Shown: positions 7,500 through 17,780, numbered from the stretch's first letter. The stretch is DNA of 64,000 bases from Myxococcales bacterium (GCA_047601445.1 JASGJH010000001.1:7072001-7136000), one strand, 5' to 3'. Notes: a model not told the origin generated them from the letters alone. Numbers and translations are program-made.

Positions 7500-8939
7500 C
7501 TACCCTTTCTCCCGCATCTCCAACGGGTCGACCTGGAGCTGCTCGCACCAGCGGTAGATCTGTCGGCGATCCTTGAAGAAGTAAATTGCCACCTGGGCCA
7601 CGTTCCCCTTGTAGTGCCGCAGTACGCTCCGGAGCTGCTCGGCGGAAGGCTTGAGTCGCCGCGCTACACCCAGCACCCCCACGTCCCGGTCGAGCGCGGG
7701 TGCCGTGGCCAACTCGCCTGTGTCGTCCTGCTCGGGTGCTCGCGCTCTGATTAGGTCCGAGCGCGACCTTAGAGAGGCCGGAAGATGGCGGCACTCGAGT
7801 CGGCTGTCCGAGCTCGCGCTCGATGCCATGGTCGCCATGACCTGTTCGAGCTCACGAACGTTGAAGGGCCAGTCGTGGGTCAGCAGTACCTCCGCGACGT
7901 CGGGGCTGAACTCTAGCCTTGCCCGCGCGCGGGAATCGGCACGCGACCCGTGACCCGGTGATGACATGAGGAAACGCCTGGCCAGCTCGAGGATGTCTTC
8001 CTTGCGCTTGCGGAGAGGCGGAACCTCGATCACCGCCGCCCTCAGGCGCCCGTAGAGGTCGCCGCGAAACGCGCCCCGTGCCGCGCCGGCCTCGATGTCT
8101 ACATGGGTGGCAGCGATCACCCGGGCGTCTACCGAGTGGAACCTTCGACTCCCGACGCGCCGCACTTCACCCGTCGCGAGCACGCGGAGAAGGCTTACCT
8201 GGAGAGGCATGGGCATGTCGCCAATCTCATCCAGGAAGATGGTGCCGCCGTCGGCCTCGTCGAACAGGCCGCTGCGCTCTTGCAACGCCCCTGTGAATGC
8301 CCCCGCGTCGTGCCCGAACAGCTCACTTTCGATCAGGTTCGCTGGCAGCGCCCCACAGTTCACCGGGACCATGGCCCCCTTTCGACCACTTACGCGATGG
8401 AGCGCCCGCGCGACCAGCTCCTTCCCAACCCCCGTCTCGCCAAGGATGAGAACTGGGTGGTCGGCTGGAGCGAATTGCTCGATTTTGCGAAGAACGGCGA
8501 GTAGGCGAGGGCTCTGGCCCGTCAGCTCAGTCAGGCTCAGCCGGCCGCCCCCCATCAGGGCTGCGCGAGTCTCCTCGTCCAATGCCTGCAGTACGAAGAG
8601 ATGCGACCCGATGCGAATGACATCGCCATCGACGAGCTCGGCAGATTCGGTGAGCTGACCGTTGACCGCAACGCCATTCTTGCTCGCGAGATCGCGAATG
8701 CGGATGCCGAGCTCGCTAGCCTCGATGCAGGCGTGACTCCGTGAGGCCTTTGGATCGTGGAGAACCAGGGCATTGCCGTGCTCGACCTTGCGACCAATTA
8801 CAAGGGGCAACTGGTCCAACAACTGAACCTGGCCGACGCTGGTCGGTTCAGGTCCGTAGACCAACACGAGTCGAAACAGGTGAGGTGGCCGGCGTGTGGA
8901 CTCTCGATCCGGGCCCTCCGTGTCTACGCTGGAAGTCAT
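7500..8939 (-). CDS. FHA-domain sigma54-dependent transcriptional activator (bEBP)
   Basis: FHA (IGR..SRSH..DLASKNG), Walker A GETGVGKE, GAFTGA, FLDEIGDM, WPFNVREL, C-terminal Fis-type HTH. Confidence 0.95.
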   Translation of the reverse strand: MTSSVDTEGPDRESTRRPPHLFRLVLVYGPEPTSVGQVQLLDQLPLVIGRKVEHGNALVLHDPKASRSHACIEASELGIRIRDLASKNGVAVNGQLTESAELVDGDVIRIGSHLFVLQALDEETRAALMGGGRLSLTELTGQSPRLLAVLRKIEQFAPADHPVLILGETGVGKELVARALHRVSGRKGAMVPVNCGALPANLIESELFGHDAGAFTGALQERSGLFDEADGGTIFLDEIGDMPMPLQVSLLRVLATGEVRRVGSRRFHSVDARVIAATHVDIEAGAARGAFRGDLYGRLRAAVIEVPPLRKRKEDILELARRFLMSSPGHGSRADSRARARLEFSPDVAEVLLTHDWPFNVRELEQVMATMASSASSDSRLECRHLPASLRSRSDLIRARAPEQDDTGELATAPALDRDVGVLGVARRLKPSAEQLRSVLRHYKGNVAQVAIYFFKDRRQIYRWCEQLQVDPLEMREKG

Positions 8940-8973
8940 TCACCACCTGCAAAGCGAGCAGTGAACCATATCA

Positions 8974-8990
8974 CGCAAGCACGTTGCCCA
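8974..8990 (-). promoter_or_regulatory. sigma54 promoter upstream of the bEBP gene
   Basis: Minus strand GGGCAAC-GTGC-TTGCG (GG-N10-GC), about 35 bp upstream of ATG 8939. Confidence 0.55.
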
Positions 8991-9123
8991 CCGGATGTCT
9001 ACAACCGCGGCGTACCCTAACCGATGCGTCAGCGTTGTCATTTGGTCGCGGAACACACCGATCCGGAGCGAGCTTTGACAACGTTTGGTGCTGCGCTGGT
9101 ACGATTCCTCCTCGGCACCCCCG

Positions 9124-12100
9124 ATGAGTAGAACGAGCCGCAGTCATCCAGGAAGACGAAGAGGCGGGGGCGAGCGGGGATCGTCGGGCGAACCGGTGCA
9201 GCACGCTGCGGGAGCGCTGATCGACGGACGCTATCGCGTCGAGGGCCGTCTCGGAGCTGGCGGAATGGGCGTGGTCTACGCCGTTGGCGACGAAGGAACA
9301 GGCCAACGGGTCGCTCTCAAGCAGCTCAGTTCGGGGGCAGGAAGAGAGGCGCAGGAGCTCTTCGAGCAGGAGTATCGCGTCCTCGCGGGGCTGAGGCATG
9401 CCCGCATCGTGCGGGCCTATGACTTTGGCGTCGACCGAGGCGCGCCCTATTACACGATGACGCTGCTCAGCGGAGGCGACCTGAGTGCCGCGCCGCCCAT
9501 GCCGTGGCGACAAGTATGCGCGACACTCCGTGACGTGGCATCGGTCCTCGGCGTGCTGCACGCGCGCCGAATGGTCCATCGAGATATCAGCCCGAGGAAT
9601 CTATGGCGGACACTGGATGGCCGCATCCAGCTGCTGGATTTCGGCGCGATGGCCGATTTCGGTGTTCAGTCGACACGGATTGGCACAGCTCCCTTCATGC
9701 CGCCCGAGGCCGTGAAGAGCGAGGCTCTGGATGGGCGCTCGGACTTGTATGCGCTCGGCGCGCTCGGATACTGGCTCCTCACGACCACCCACGCTTATCG
9801 CGCACGGCGCATGGATGAACTGCCGGGGTTGTGGCTGCGCCCTCCCGCATCTCCATCGGACCTCGTCTCGATGATTGAAGGAGCAGATCGCAGCATCCCC
9901 AAGGAGCTCGACGACTTGTTGCTCGCCATGCTGGCCCTCGACGCCGATGCGCGGCCCGCGAATACCACGGAGGTCATTGACCGCCTCAACTACCTCGCAG
10001 ACCTCGTGCCCGAAGCTGAGGCCGAGGTTCTCCATGGTTACTTGGAAAGCAAGGCCTTCGTGGGGCGGCGCCGCGAGCTGAGCGTTCTGGATCGACAGTT
10101 CCGCCGAGCGGCGCAGGCGGGTCCCACGGCCTCCTTGGTGAGCGGGCCCGCGGGCAGTGGACGCAGTCGCTTGCTCGAGGAAGCGGCGATGGCCGCACGC
10201 GTCGAAGGTGCAGCGACTGTTGCGGTGGGACGCACGGCCGGACAAGAGCCATATGCCGGCGCGACCGCATTGGGCCTCGAACTGTTGCGTGCGATGCCGC
10301 GCCAAGCGCGGGAAGCCGCCGCCCCGATCATGACGGTGCTGTCGAGCGTCTCGGGACAGCTTGGCCAGGCGTTGCAAGGCGGTGCGATTGCAACCGCCCC
10401 CGCCGGCCCCTACGACCGCGGTGAGAAGCAGGCGGCACTGCAAAGCTGGATCGCGAGTCTGTCCCGCCAACGTACCTTGGTCATTCTCGTCGATGACGTC
10501 GACTTCCTCGACGAAGAGTCGCAGGCGCTGTTTGTCGCGCTGACGACGCTCGAGGCTGGGCACCGGCTTGCGCTGGTGGTATCGAGTTGCGCGGACTCGG
10601 TGCTCGCAGCGCGGTCGCCTGTGCACCACCTACAGAGCGCTTCCCGCACCCTTCCTCTCGCTCCGCTCAGCCCGGAGGAGACATTCGAGCTCTTGCGTTC
10701 CACGTTCAACGACGTCCCTTATCTGGAGAGGCTCGCCGCGCAGCTGCACGGCGCTTCACACGGCAACCCCCGACATTGCTTGATGCTCGCGGATCAGCTC
10801 GTGCATTTGAAGGTCATCGTCTATGCAGACGGTGCATTCCAGCTGCCGCGAGAGTTTCCGGAGATCGCGCTTCCCGAGGGCATTCACGACAGCATTCTCG
10901 GGACCATCGACCGTTTGTCGACATCGGCACGGCAGCTGGCTCGCCTGCTGTCGGTGCCCGATCACGGAACACTGACGCTTGCCATGATCATGGCCGCATC
11001 GGGACGAGATGTCGGTCAAGCGAACGCAAGCCTGGAGGAACTGATCAGGCGTCGCGTACTGCACGGCTCGGTCGCGGGCTACGGATTCGTGCACGCGGCC
11101 TCGCGCGAGAAGCTCTGCGGGGAGCTGTCGGATCTGGAGCGCAAACGGGTCCACCAGGCCATCGCTCAGCACCTGGAAGCCCAGGCGGGCGTCAGCGCTC
11201 TCGGAAAGCTGAGGGCGGGCGTCCACTGGCTGCACGCAGGAGACCTGACCCGCGCTGAACCTCTCATCTTCGAAGCGGGCCTGGCACACACGCAGGGCAT
11301 CCACGGCGAGGAGCTGCGCGTTGCGGCACCGATGTTCGCCGAGTGCGACCGTCTGTTCCGGGCGCTGGGCCGCGATGATCATGCGCTGTACTTGCCGCTC
11401 GGGGCGCTCGCGCTCGCCAGCTACTTCGCAGACCAACGATACTCTCAGGAGTACGGCGCGCGCGCCATCGCCGTGCTGAGCGACGGGATCGGGCTGACGC
11501 TGGCGGGCCGCCTCGAACGTTGGCTCGGAGCGAGGCTCGCGCTCATCGTCTCTTTGGTCGTTGCAGGGTTGCGCCTGCGTCGGCGGGACTACGCCCCCGA
11601 TCTCAAGCGTCTGATCTACGTGATGGTGGCCGCTGCCACCGCGATGGCCGGGCACGCAGGGGTGTGCGTCGATCCCGAAGCCGTGCGGCGCCACACAGCG
11701 GGGCTGCGCAAGCTGGGCACGCTCCGGAGCGCCGACGTGGCTCGTCTGTTGGCGGAGTTCAACGAGGCCATCGCGCTCAATGCGGAAGGCAAGAGCCACG
11801 CGGCTCAGACTCTGCTCAGCAAGGTGATCGCGGATCTGGAGACGCCGGACGCGCTGCCCACCATGGCAGCCGACGCACGCCGAAACTTCCTGGCCGGTGC
11901 GCTCGGTATCCATGCGGCGCACGACCTCGGATTGATCAGCGACAGATGTCTCTTCACTGCGGACAAGATGGAGAAATACGGCGGTGTCCATGCCGTCTGG
12001 GCGAGCCAGGTTCGTGCGATCTACTACGACAGCATCGGCCAGGCCGATCGTGCTGCGCACTTTCGTAGGGAGGTGGAGCTCGGGATCATCAGGCTCGGAA

Positions 12101-13233
12101 GTGCGTGGCAAGTCGATACGTGGCGCGCGCCGGTGCAGGTCCTCTCCTTCCCGGAAGACCCCTCCGCCTTCAGGCGGATGGCCGAGGAGATGGAGCGGCT
12201 CAGCGGTACGGCCCCCAGCTACGAGGCGTACGCGCGCTGGAACCGCGCAGCCTATCTGGTGTTGCGTGGGCGCTACGAAGACGCGCTCGCGCTGTATCGA
12301 GGAGAACAGGAGCCTAGGAACATCGTGGCGTCCATCCAGGCGTGCGGCTGGTTCGCCGCAGCCATGAATGGAGTCGGGGCTCATGAGCGTGCCCAGGCGT
12401 CCTGCGTGGCCGCGCTCGCGCGCATCGAGCCTGAAGATCGACACAGACCGGCTCATTCGATCCGACTGGAAGTGGAGTTGGCAGTCGCCGAGGCCGGGCT
12501 CGGACAGCACGAACGCGCTCATGAACGTGTCGACGCCCTGTTCGCGCGGCACGTGCCGCACACGGGACCCGTCGTGCGCGGTTACCTTCACAGCGGGCGC
12601 GCTCGCGTCTTCTTGTTGGCCGGCGACGTCGCGGGCTACGAGCAGGCGGTCGCCGCGGCCGCGCTGGCCTATGCGCCACTCAACGTCCCGTTCCTGCATG
12701 AACGCATCGCGGTGATGCGACGTATCGTGTCCGAACGCTCGGAAGGCGTCCCGCCGCACGAGGTCTCGCTGCACGACTCTCACCTGCTCACCCGCGTGCA
12801 GTTGCGCCTAGCCAGCGTGTCGACTGCTGACGACCGCGCGCGACACGATGCGGCATTGCTTGCCATGCTCGAGGTCGCGGGCACTGAGATCGGCTTCATC
12901 GTGCGCACGACGGGCGAGTGCGTGGCCCCCCGCGGTGTGACGCTGACACCAGAGGTCGTTTGCTGGGCCGAGGCACATCTCGCGGGTTCGTTTCGAGACG
13001 AAGCCACCGAGGTTCAGGAGACCACAGTCCCTTCCGAATCCGCTCGGCAAGCGGACACGCTCACCTGTGCCGGGGTCGCCTATCGTACTCACATCCTGCA
13101 GACCCGTGTCGGAGAGCTGCTCGGGGCACTCGTACTTGGCTCTGTCGCGGTCGTTCCTGCTCCCTTGCCGCGAAAGATCCTGGCCATGCTTGCGGAGTAT
13201 CTCGTGCCCGAACGACGTAGCGGTGCCGTGTAG
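9124..13233 (+). CDS. Large Ser/Thr protein kinase with AAA ATPase and helical C-terminal region
   Basis: GAGGMGVVY, VALK, HRDISPRN, DFG, GTAPFMPPE; P-loop GPAGSGRSRL; ILVDDVD. Start uncertain (9124 or GTG 9196). Confidence 0.92.
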   Translation: MSRTSRSHPGRRRGGGERGSSGEPVQHAAGALIDGRYRVEGRLGAGGMGVVYAVGDEGTGQRVALKQLSSGAGREAQELFEQEYRVLAGLRHARIVRAYDFGVDRGAPYYTMTLLSGGDLSAAPPMPWRQVCATLRDVASVLGVLHARRMVHRDISPRNLWRTLDGRIQLLDFGAMADFGVQSTRIGTAPFMPPEAVKSEALDGRSDLYALGALGYWLLTTTHAYRARRMDELPGLWLRPPASPSDLVSMIEGADRSIPKELDDLLLAMLALDADARPANTTEVIDRLNYLADLVPEAEAEVLHGYLESKAFVGRRRELSVLDRQFRRAAQAGPTASLVSGPAGSGRSRLLEEAAMAARVEGAATVAVGRTAGQEPYAGATALGLELLRAMPRQAREAAAPIMTVLSSVSGQLGQALQGGAIATAPAGPYDRGEKQAALQSWIASLSRQRTLVILVDDVDFLDEESQALFVALTTLEAGHRLALVVSSCADSVLAARSPVHHLQSASRTLPLAPLSPEETFELLRSTFNDVPYLERLAAQLHGASHGNPRHCLMLADQLVHLKVIVYADGAFQLPREFPEIALPEGIHDSILGTIDRLSTSARQLARLLSVPDHGTLTLAMIMAASGRDVGQANASLEELIRRRVLHGSVAGYGFVHAASREKLCGELSDLERKRVHQAIAQHLEAQAGVSALGKLRAGVHWLHAGDLTRAEPLIFEAGLAHTQGIHGEELRVAAPMFAECDRLFRALGRDDHALYLPLGALALASYFADQRYSQEYGARAIAVLSDGIGLTLAGRLERWLGARLALIVSLVVAGLRLRRRDYAPDLKRLIYVMVAAATAMAGHAGVCVDPEAVRRHTAGLRKLGTLRSADVARLLAEFNEAIALNAEGKSHAAQTLLSKVIADLETPDALPTMAADARRNFLAGALGIHAAHDLGLISDRCLFTADKMEKYGGVHAVWASQVRAIYYDSIGQADRAAHFRREVELGIIRLGSAWQVDTWRAPVQVLSFPEDPSAFRRMAEEMERLSGTAPSYEAYARWNRAAYLVLRGRYEDALALYRGEQEPRNIVASIQACGWFAAAMNGVGAHERAQASCVAALARIEPEDRHRPAHSIRLEVELAVAEAGLGQHERAHERVDALFARHVPHTGPVVRGYLHSGRARVFLLAGDVAGYEQAVAAAALAYAPLNVPFLHERIAVMRRIVSERSEGVPPHEVSLHDSHLLTRVQLRLASVSTADDRARHDAALLAMLEVAGTEIGFIVRTTGECVAPRGVTLTPEVVCWAEAHLAGSFRDEATEVQETTVPSESARQADTLTCAGVAYRTHILQTRVGELLGALVLGSVAVVPAPLPRKILAMLAEYLVPERRSGAV

Positions 13234-13249
13234 CTCACGTTCGAGGGCG

Positions 13250-14026
13250 TTACTGACTCGGAGGCTCGGCTCGCAATCCGCGAATGAAGGTCACGAGCTC
13301 GGCGAGCTGTGCCGGCGAGAGGTCCGGGTGCGGCGGCATGCTGGGGCTGAGGTTGCGTGCGAGTCCGCCTTCGCGGATGGCTTGCGTGATGTCCGCGTCG
13401 GACACCGAGCTCTGCCACTGGGCATCGCTCAGGTTGCGCGGACGTGGATCCATCGCGGTGGCCGCCAAGCCGTCGCCGCGGCCCGAGGCGCCGTGGCAGC
13501 TCGCGCAGCGCCTGCTGAAGAGATCGAGCTCGGCTCGGGGGGCCGGGCTGGCTTCGAAGACGCTGGTACGCGCCAACGGACGAGCCTGCTTGAGACCGGG
13601 CCAGGGGATACCCACCAGAGCGAACAGTAGGAACGCGGCGCTGCCCTTGAGAATCACGCCGTGGCGCTCGGTGGGCTGCTCCTTACGGCGCGCGCGCACC
13701 TGCGCGATGTGCACGCAGGCGACTGCGATGAACATGGCGGTGATGTGCTCCACCGCGAAGAAGCGCAGGGGCGCGCTGCGCATCGCGACGCCCATATCCG
13801 CAAAAGCGCCGCGCACGATGGGGCTCAGCCACACGTAAAGGAGGAAGCCCAAGGTGAACTGAGCGTCGACCAGACCCACGAACAGGCGCCCACGTCGCTC
13901 ATCCTGAACGTTCCACTCGCGCTTTTGGCTCCGCGCACGCGCCGAGGCGACGAGGCTCCACAACGCTGCCAACAGGACGACCCAGCGCAGCCAGGAATGA
14001 ATGAATAGGACCACGGGGTACAGCAT
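13250..14026 (-). CDS. Membrane protein (about 4 TM) fused to a C-terminal c-type cytochrome
   Basis: HSWLRW...EHITAM...H hydrophobic helices; CASCH haem motif; distal Met in SMPP. Confidence 0.85.
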   Translation of the reverse strand: MLYPVVLFIHSWLRWVVLLAALWSLVASARARSQKREWNVQDERRGRLFVGLVDAQFTLGFLLYVWLSPIVRGAFADMGVAMRSAPLRFFAVEHITAMFIAVACVHIAQVRARRKEQPTERHGVILKGSAAFLLFALVGIPWPGLKQARPLARTSVFEASPAPRAELDLFSRRCASCHGASGRGDGLAATAMDPRPRNLSDAQWQSSVSDADITQAIREGGLARNLSPSMPPHPDLSPAQLAELVTFIRGLRAEPPSQ

Positions 14027-14180
14027 GGCGAGTGCCAGTGTAGCCGCCGTCGGCCGAGCGCCCAGAGCCCGCGCCGAAGCGAAGTCTGGCACCCCCCGGC
14101 GTGCGCCGAGACGCGGGCAACAGGCGATGGACCGGCCGAACCCCTGGTGCGCCCGAGGAGCCCAGCGTAATTCATGGGCC

Positions 14181-15401
14181 ATGAAGCCATCGTCTGGTCT
14201 CGTGGTGGGTCGTCGTGCGAGTCTCGTCCTCGCTCTCTCTTTGCTCTGCGGGGGTACGCTGCGCGCTCAGGCCGCCCCGCCCGCTTCGGGCCAGCTCGAA
14301 GAGCGAGTGCGCACCCTGGTGGAGCAAAAGTTCGCGCCCAGTATCGCCAGCGGGGCGCCCTCGGAAGACAGGGCGCCCGGCGGCATCGTCGCGGTGTACG
14401 TGCAGGGCAAACGCCTGTTCTTTCCCTACGGTCGCATCGACGAGGCCGGCACGCCGCCCAGCCCCAACACGGTGTTCGGCCTGGCGTCCGTGACCAAGGT
14501 GCTCACCACGGCGATCTTCGGTCAGTCGCCCGAGTTGTTCGACGCCAAGGTGCGGGACCACGCGCCCGAGGTGTTCCAGCTCGAGGGGCCGCTTGCGGAC
14601 ATTACCTTCGGTCAGCTCGCCACCTACACCGCGGGCATCAGCCCGTCCGACCCGGACACGTGCAAGCGGGGCTGTGATCAGGCGGAGTTCGTGGAGTTCA
14701 TCAACTCACGTAAGCCCGCGCGACTGCCCGCCGAGGTGGACTACTCCAACAGCAGCATCGGCTTCCTCGGCCAGGTGTTGGTGGCCAAGAGCGGCGCCAA
14801 GAACTACGACACGCCGCAGGCCTTTCAGCGCTGGTATGAGGCCAATCTCTTCAAGCCGCTCAAGATGAACGCCACGGGTGTCGCGCCTGGCAAGAGTGAT
14901 CGCAAGCACCCGCTCTCCGCGGCCTTCGACTACGATCCCCGTAGCAAGTCCTACCGCGTCGTGGACTACGGTGGCTGGTGTCCGTGGGGCACAGCCGGGC
15001 GCGTGTTCTCTACGGCCGACGACATGCTCAACTTCGCGTCGGCAGCCGCCGGTGCGAGTAGTGTCTCCGGCAAGCCGGTTCCCAAGAAGGTGCGCGATGG
15101 ATTGCAGCGCGCCCTGGCGCCGCGCACTCCGATGCCCAAGGAGAACGGGAGCGAGCAGGGGTATGCCTGGATCGTCAAGCCGGAGGACGCCAAGAACCAC
15201 TCGCGCATGCGCACCAAGAACGGTGGCCTTGCGGGCATCAGCTCGGCGGTGCTCGTGAACCCCGACCTGCAGATCGCGGTGGTGGTGCTGACCAACATGG
15301 TGAAGGTGCACTCGGTGGAGGCCGGCAAGGCGATCATGAACGGACTCGAGAACATGGTGGCCGAGCAGCCCTCCGAGAGCGGTCCGCGCGCACGTCACTG
15401 A
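14181..15401 (+). CDS. Secreted serine hydrolase, beta-lactamase class C/PBP-like
   Basis: Signal peptide; SVTK (SxxK), YSN, KNGG motifs. Confidence 0.88.
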   Translation: MKPSSGLVVGRRASLVLALSLLCGGTLRAQAAPPASGQLEERVRTLVEQKFAPSIASGAPSEDRAPGGIVAVYVQGKRLFFPYGRIDEAGTPPSPNTVFGLASVTKVLTTAIFGQSPELFDAKVRDHAPEVFQLEGPLADITFGQLATYTAGISPSDPDTCKRGCDQAEFVEFINSRKPARLPAEVDYSNSSIGFLGQVLVAKSGAKNYDTPQAFQRWYEANLFKPLKMNATGVAPGKSDRKHPLSAAFDYDPRSKSYRVVDYGGWCPWGTAGRVFSTADDMLNFASAAAGASSVSGKPVPKKVRDGLQRALAPRTPMPKENGSEQGYAWIVKPEDAKNHSRMRTKNGGLAGISSAVLVNPDLQIAVVVLTNMVKVHSVEAGKAIMNGLENMVAEQPSESGPRARH

Positions 15402-15581
15402 TCTACCTGGCAGTGGCGAAGCGACACATGCGGCATGGCCGCGCGCCACACGCCATCGTTTTCATGGACGAAGTCGTTCCGCGCAGGGCGCGCTGACCTC
15501 CCCGCGAGCGCACGCAGTTTCCACGCCGAGCCTCGTGCTCCAGGCTCGATCCGTCCATGTCGAGCGCGCGGATCTGCGCGC

Positions 15582-15606
15582 GGGCACGAATGGTGCGCTG
15601 CTTGCA
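15582..15606 (+). promoter_or_regulatory. Two overlapping sigma54-like promoters upstream of the acyl-CoA dehydrogenase
   Basis: GGGCACG-AATG-GTGCG and TGGTGCG-CTGC-TTGCA, both GG-N10-GC. Confidence 0.45.
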
Positions 15607-15638
15607 CTCCCGCGTGGGTAGCGAGAGGGGCGAAAACC

Positions 15639-17561
15639 ATGAGCGATTCCAAGCACGAGGTGGCCCAGGCACGCGCAGCGGCCGAGTCGGCGCGCGAGAA
15701 GAAATGGGCCGGCGCGAGCTTCTTGCGCGAGCTCTTCATGGGCAGGTTCGAGCCCGATCTGCTGTTCGCTCCAGATGATCCGAGCGAGCCGCCGCCGCGT
15801 CCCGAGTTCCTGGACTTCTACGGGAAGCTCGAGGACTTCCTGATGGATACGGTGGATCCGGTGGAGATCGACGAGAGCGGAGAGTATCCACGCGAGGTGC
15901 TCGACGGACTGGCCGAACTCGGCGCGTTCGGTATGAAGATCTCGCGGGAGTACGGCGGCCTCGGACTCACCCACCGCGAATACGTGCGGGTGATGCAGAT
16001 GGTGGGCAGCCGTGACTCCAACATCACGGCCTTGCTCTCGGCCCATCAGGCCATCGGCGTGCCGCACCCGGTGCAGATGTTCGGCAGCGAGGACTTGAAG
16101 CGCAAGTACCTGCCACGCTGCGCGCGTGGTGCCATCTCGGCCTTCGCGCTCACCGAGGCGAGCGTGGGCTCCGATCCGAGCAAGCTCGCCACGCTGGCAC
16201 GCCCGAGCGCGGACGGGTCGCATTTCGTGCTCGATGGCCAAAAGCTGTGGTGCACCAATGGTACCTTGGCCGAGGTCATCGTGGTGCTCGCGCGTAACCC
16301 CGAGACCAACCGTATCAGCTGCTTCGTGGTGGAGATGGACTGGGAGGGCGTGCAAGTGGAGCACCGCTGCCACTTCATGGGCCTGCGCGCGCTGGGCAAC
16401 GGCGTGGTCAGCTTCGACGGCGTGCGCGTGCCGCGCGAGAATTTGGTAGGCGAGGAGGGCTCGGGGCTGCGCGTTGCGCTCGCGACGTTGAACACGGGGC
16501 GCTTGACGCTGCCGGCGGCCACGGCCGGCGGCGTGAAGGTGGCGCTCGAGATGTGTCGCAAGTGGGCCAACGCGCGCATCCAGTGGGGACAGCCCATCGT
16601 GAAGCACGAGGCCATCGCCCACGGGCTCACCGAGCTGGCTGCCACCAGCTACGCGATGGACGCCGTGGCCGAGGTGGTCGGGGCGCTCGCCGATCGCAAG
16701 GACCGCGACATCCGACTCGAGGCGGCGGCGGCCAAGGAATGGAACACGGTGCGCGCCTGGGACATGTACGATCGCGCGTTGCAGATCCGCGGTGGACGCG
16801 GCTACGAGACGGAGCGCTCCCTGGCGGCGCGCGGAGAGCCCGCACTGGGCATCGAGCGCATGCTGCGCGACGCGCGCATCAACCGCATCTTCGAGGGCTC
16901 GAGCGAGATCATGCACCTGTTCATCGCTCGCGAAGCGGTGGACAAGCACCTCGAGGTTACGCACAAGCTGCTCGATGCGAAGGTGAGCTTGGGCAACAAG
17001 CTACTGTCGCTGCCGGCGGTCGGGATCTTCTATCTGCTGTGGTATCCGCGCCTCTGGCTCGGCTTTACGTGGGCCAAGTATCACCAGTACGGCGCTCTCG
17101 GCACGCACCTGCGGTTCGCCGACCGGGCGAGCCGACGTCTGGCCCGCAACGTCTTCCACGGCATGCTGCGCTACGGCCCGGGTCTCGAACGCAAGCAGGG
17201 CTTCTTGTTCCGTGCGGTGGACGCAGCGCTCGAGCTATTCGCGCTCACGGCGGCCGTGATGCGTGCCCAGCGCCGGGAGGCGATCCAGCGCGGTGACCTC
17301 CAGGTGCTCGAGCACGTCGCCTTCCGGGCGCGCGAGCGCTTCGAAGAGGCGTTGCACCGCATGTGGCACAACGAAGACGCGGCGAGCTACGCCTTCGCAC
17401 AGCAACTCGGCAAGGGCCGTTTCGACTGGCTGGAGCATGGAGTGATCAACATTCCCTACGAGCAGGACGAGCTCAGGCCTGCGAGCATGGAGCAGATTTT
17501 GACCTCTCGCGGACACCGCGCGGAAGCCGCCGAGCAACCCGCCAAGCTCCAGCGTCACTGA
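15639..17561 (+). CDS. Acyl-CoA dehydrogenase (long form)
   Basis: SAFALTE..GSD, GQKLWCTNG, LNTGRL, QIRGGRGY, RINRIFEGSSEI. Confidence 0.95.
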   Translation: MSDSKHEVAQARAAAESAREKKWAGASFLRELFMGRFEPDLLFAPDDPSEPPPRPEFLDFYGKLEDFLMDTVDPVEIDESGEYPREVLDGLAELGAFGMKISREYGGLGLTHREYVRVMQMVGSRDSNITALLSAHQAIGVPHPVQMFGSEDLKRKYLPRCARGAISAFALTEASVGSDPSKLATLARPSADGSHFVLDGQKLWCTNGTLAEVIVVLARNPETNRISCFVVEMDWEGVQVEHRCHFMGLRALGNGVVSFDGVRVPRENLVGEEGSGLRVALATLNTGRLTLPAATAGGVKVALEMCRKWANARIQWGQPIVKHEAIAHGLTELAATSYAMDAVAEVVGALADRKDRDIRLEAAAAKEWNTVRAWDMYDRALQIRGGRGYETERSLAARGEPALGIERMLRDARINRIFEGSSEIMHLFIAREAVDKHLEVTHKLLDAKVSLGNKLLSLPAVGIFYLLWYPRLWLGFTWAKYHQYGALGTHLRFADRASRRLARNVFHGMLRYGPGLERKQGFLFRAVDAALELFALTAAVMRAQRREAIQRGDLQVLEHVAFRARERFEEALHRMWHNEDAASYAFAQQLGKGRFDWLEHGVINIPYEQDELRPASMEQILTSRGHRAEAAEQPAKLQRH

Positions 17562-17620
17562 GACGGAGTGCGTGCTGGAAGAAGGTTCTCGACTCGATGT
17601 CGGGACCGGAGATGCGTTCA

Positions 17621-17780
17621 GCTCACGCACACCCGTCGCCGTTCAGGTCAAAGTCCAGTCGCCGACCAGGTCAAACGCGATGGCAGGCTGGTCCTCAGCG
17701 TCGCCCACGGGTGCCGATCGCGAGCGTGGTGGTGGTCTTGGACGACGACTTTGACCTGAACCGCGACGGTGTGCGCGAGC
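17621..17780. repeat. Dispersed long palindromic element, family A, copy 1
   Basis: Arms GCTCACGCACACCCGTCGCCGTTCAGGTCAAAGTC ... GACTTTGACCTGAACCGCGACGGTGTGCGCGAGC; homologous to 26088-26261; lies between convergent genes. Confidence 0.8.
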
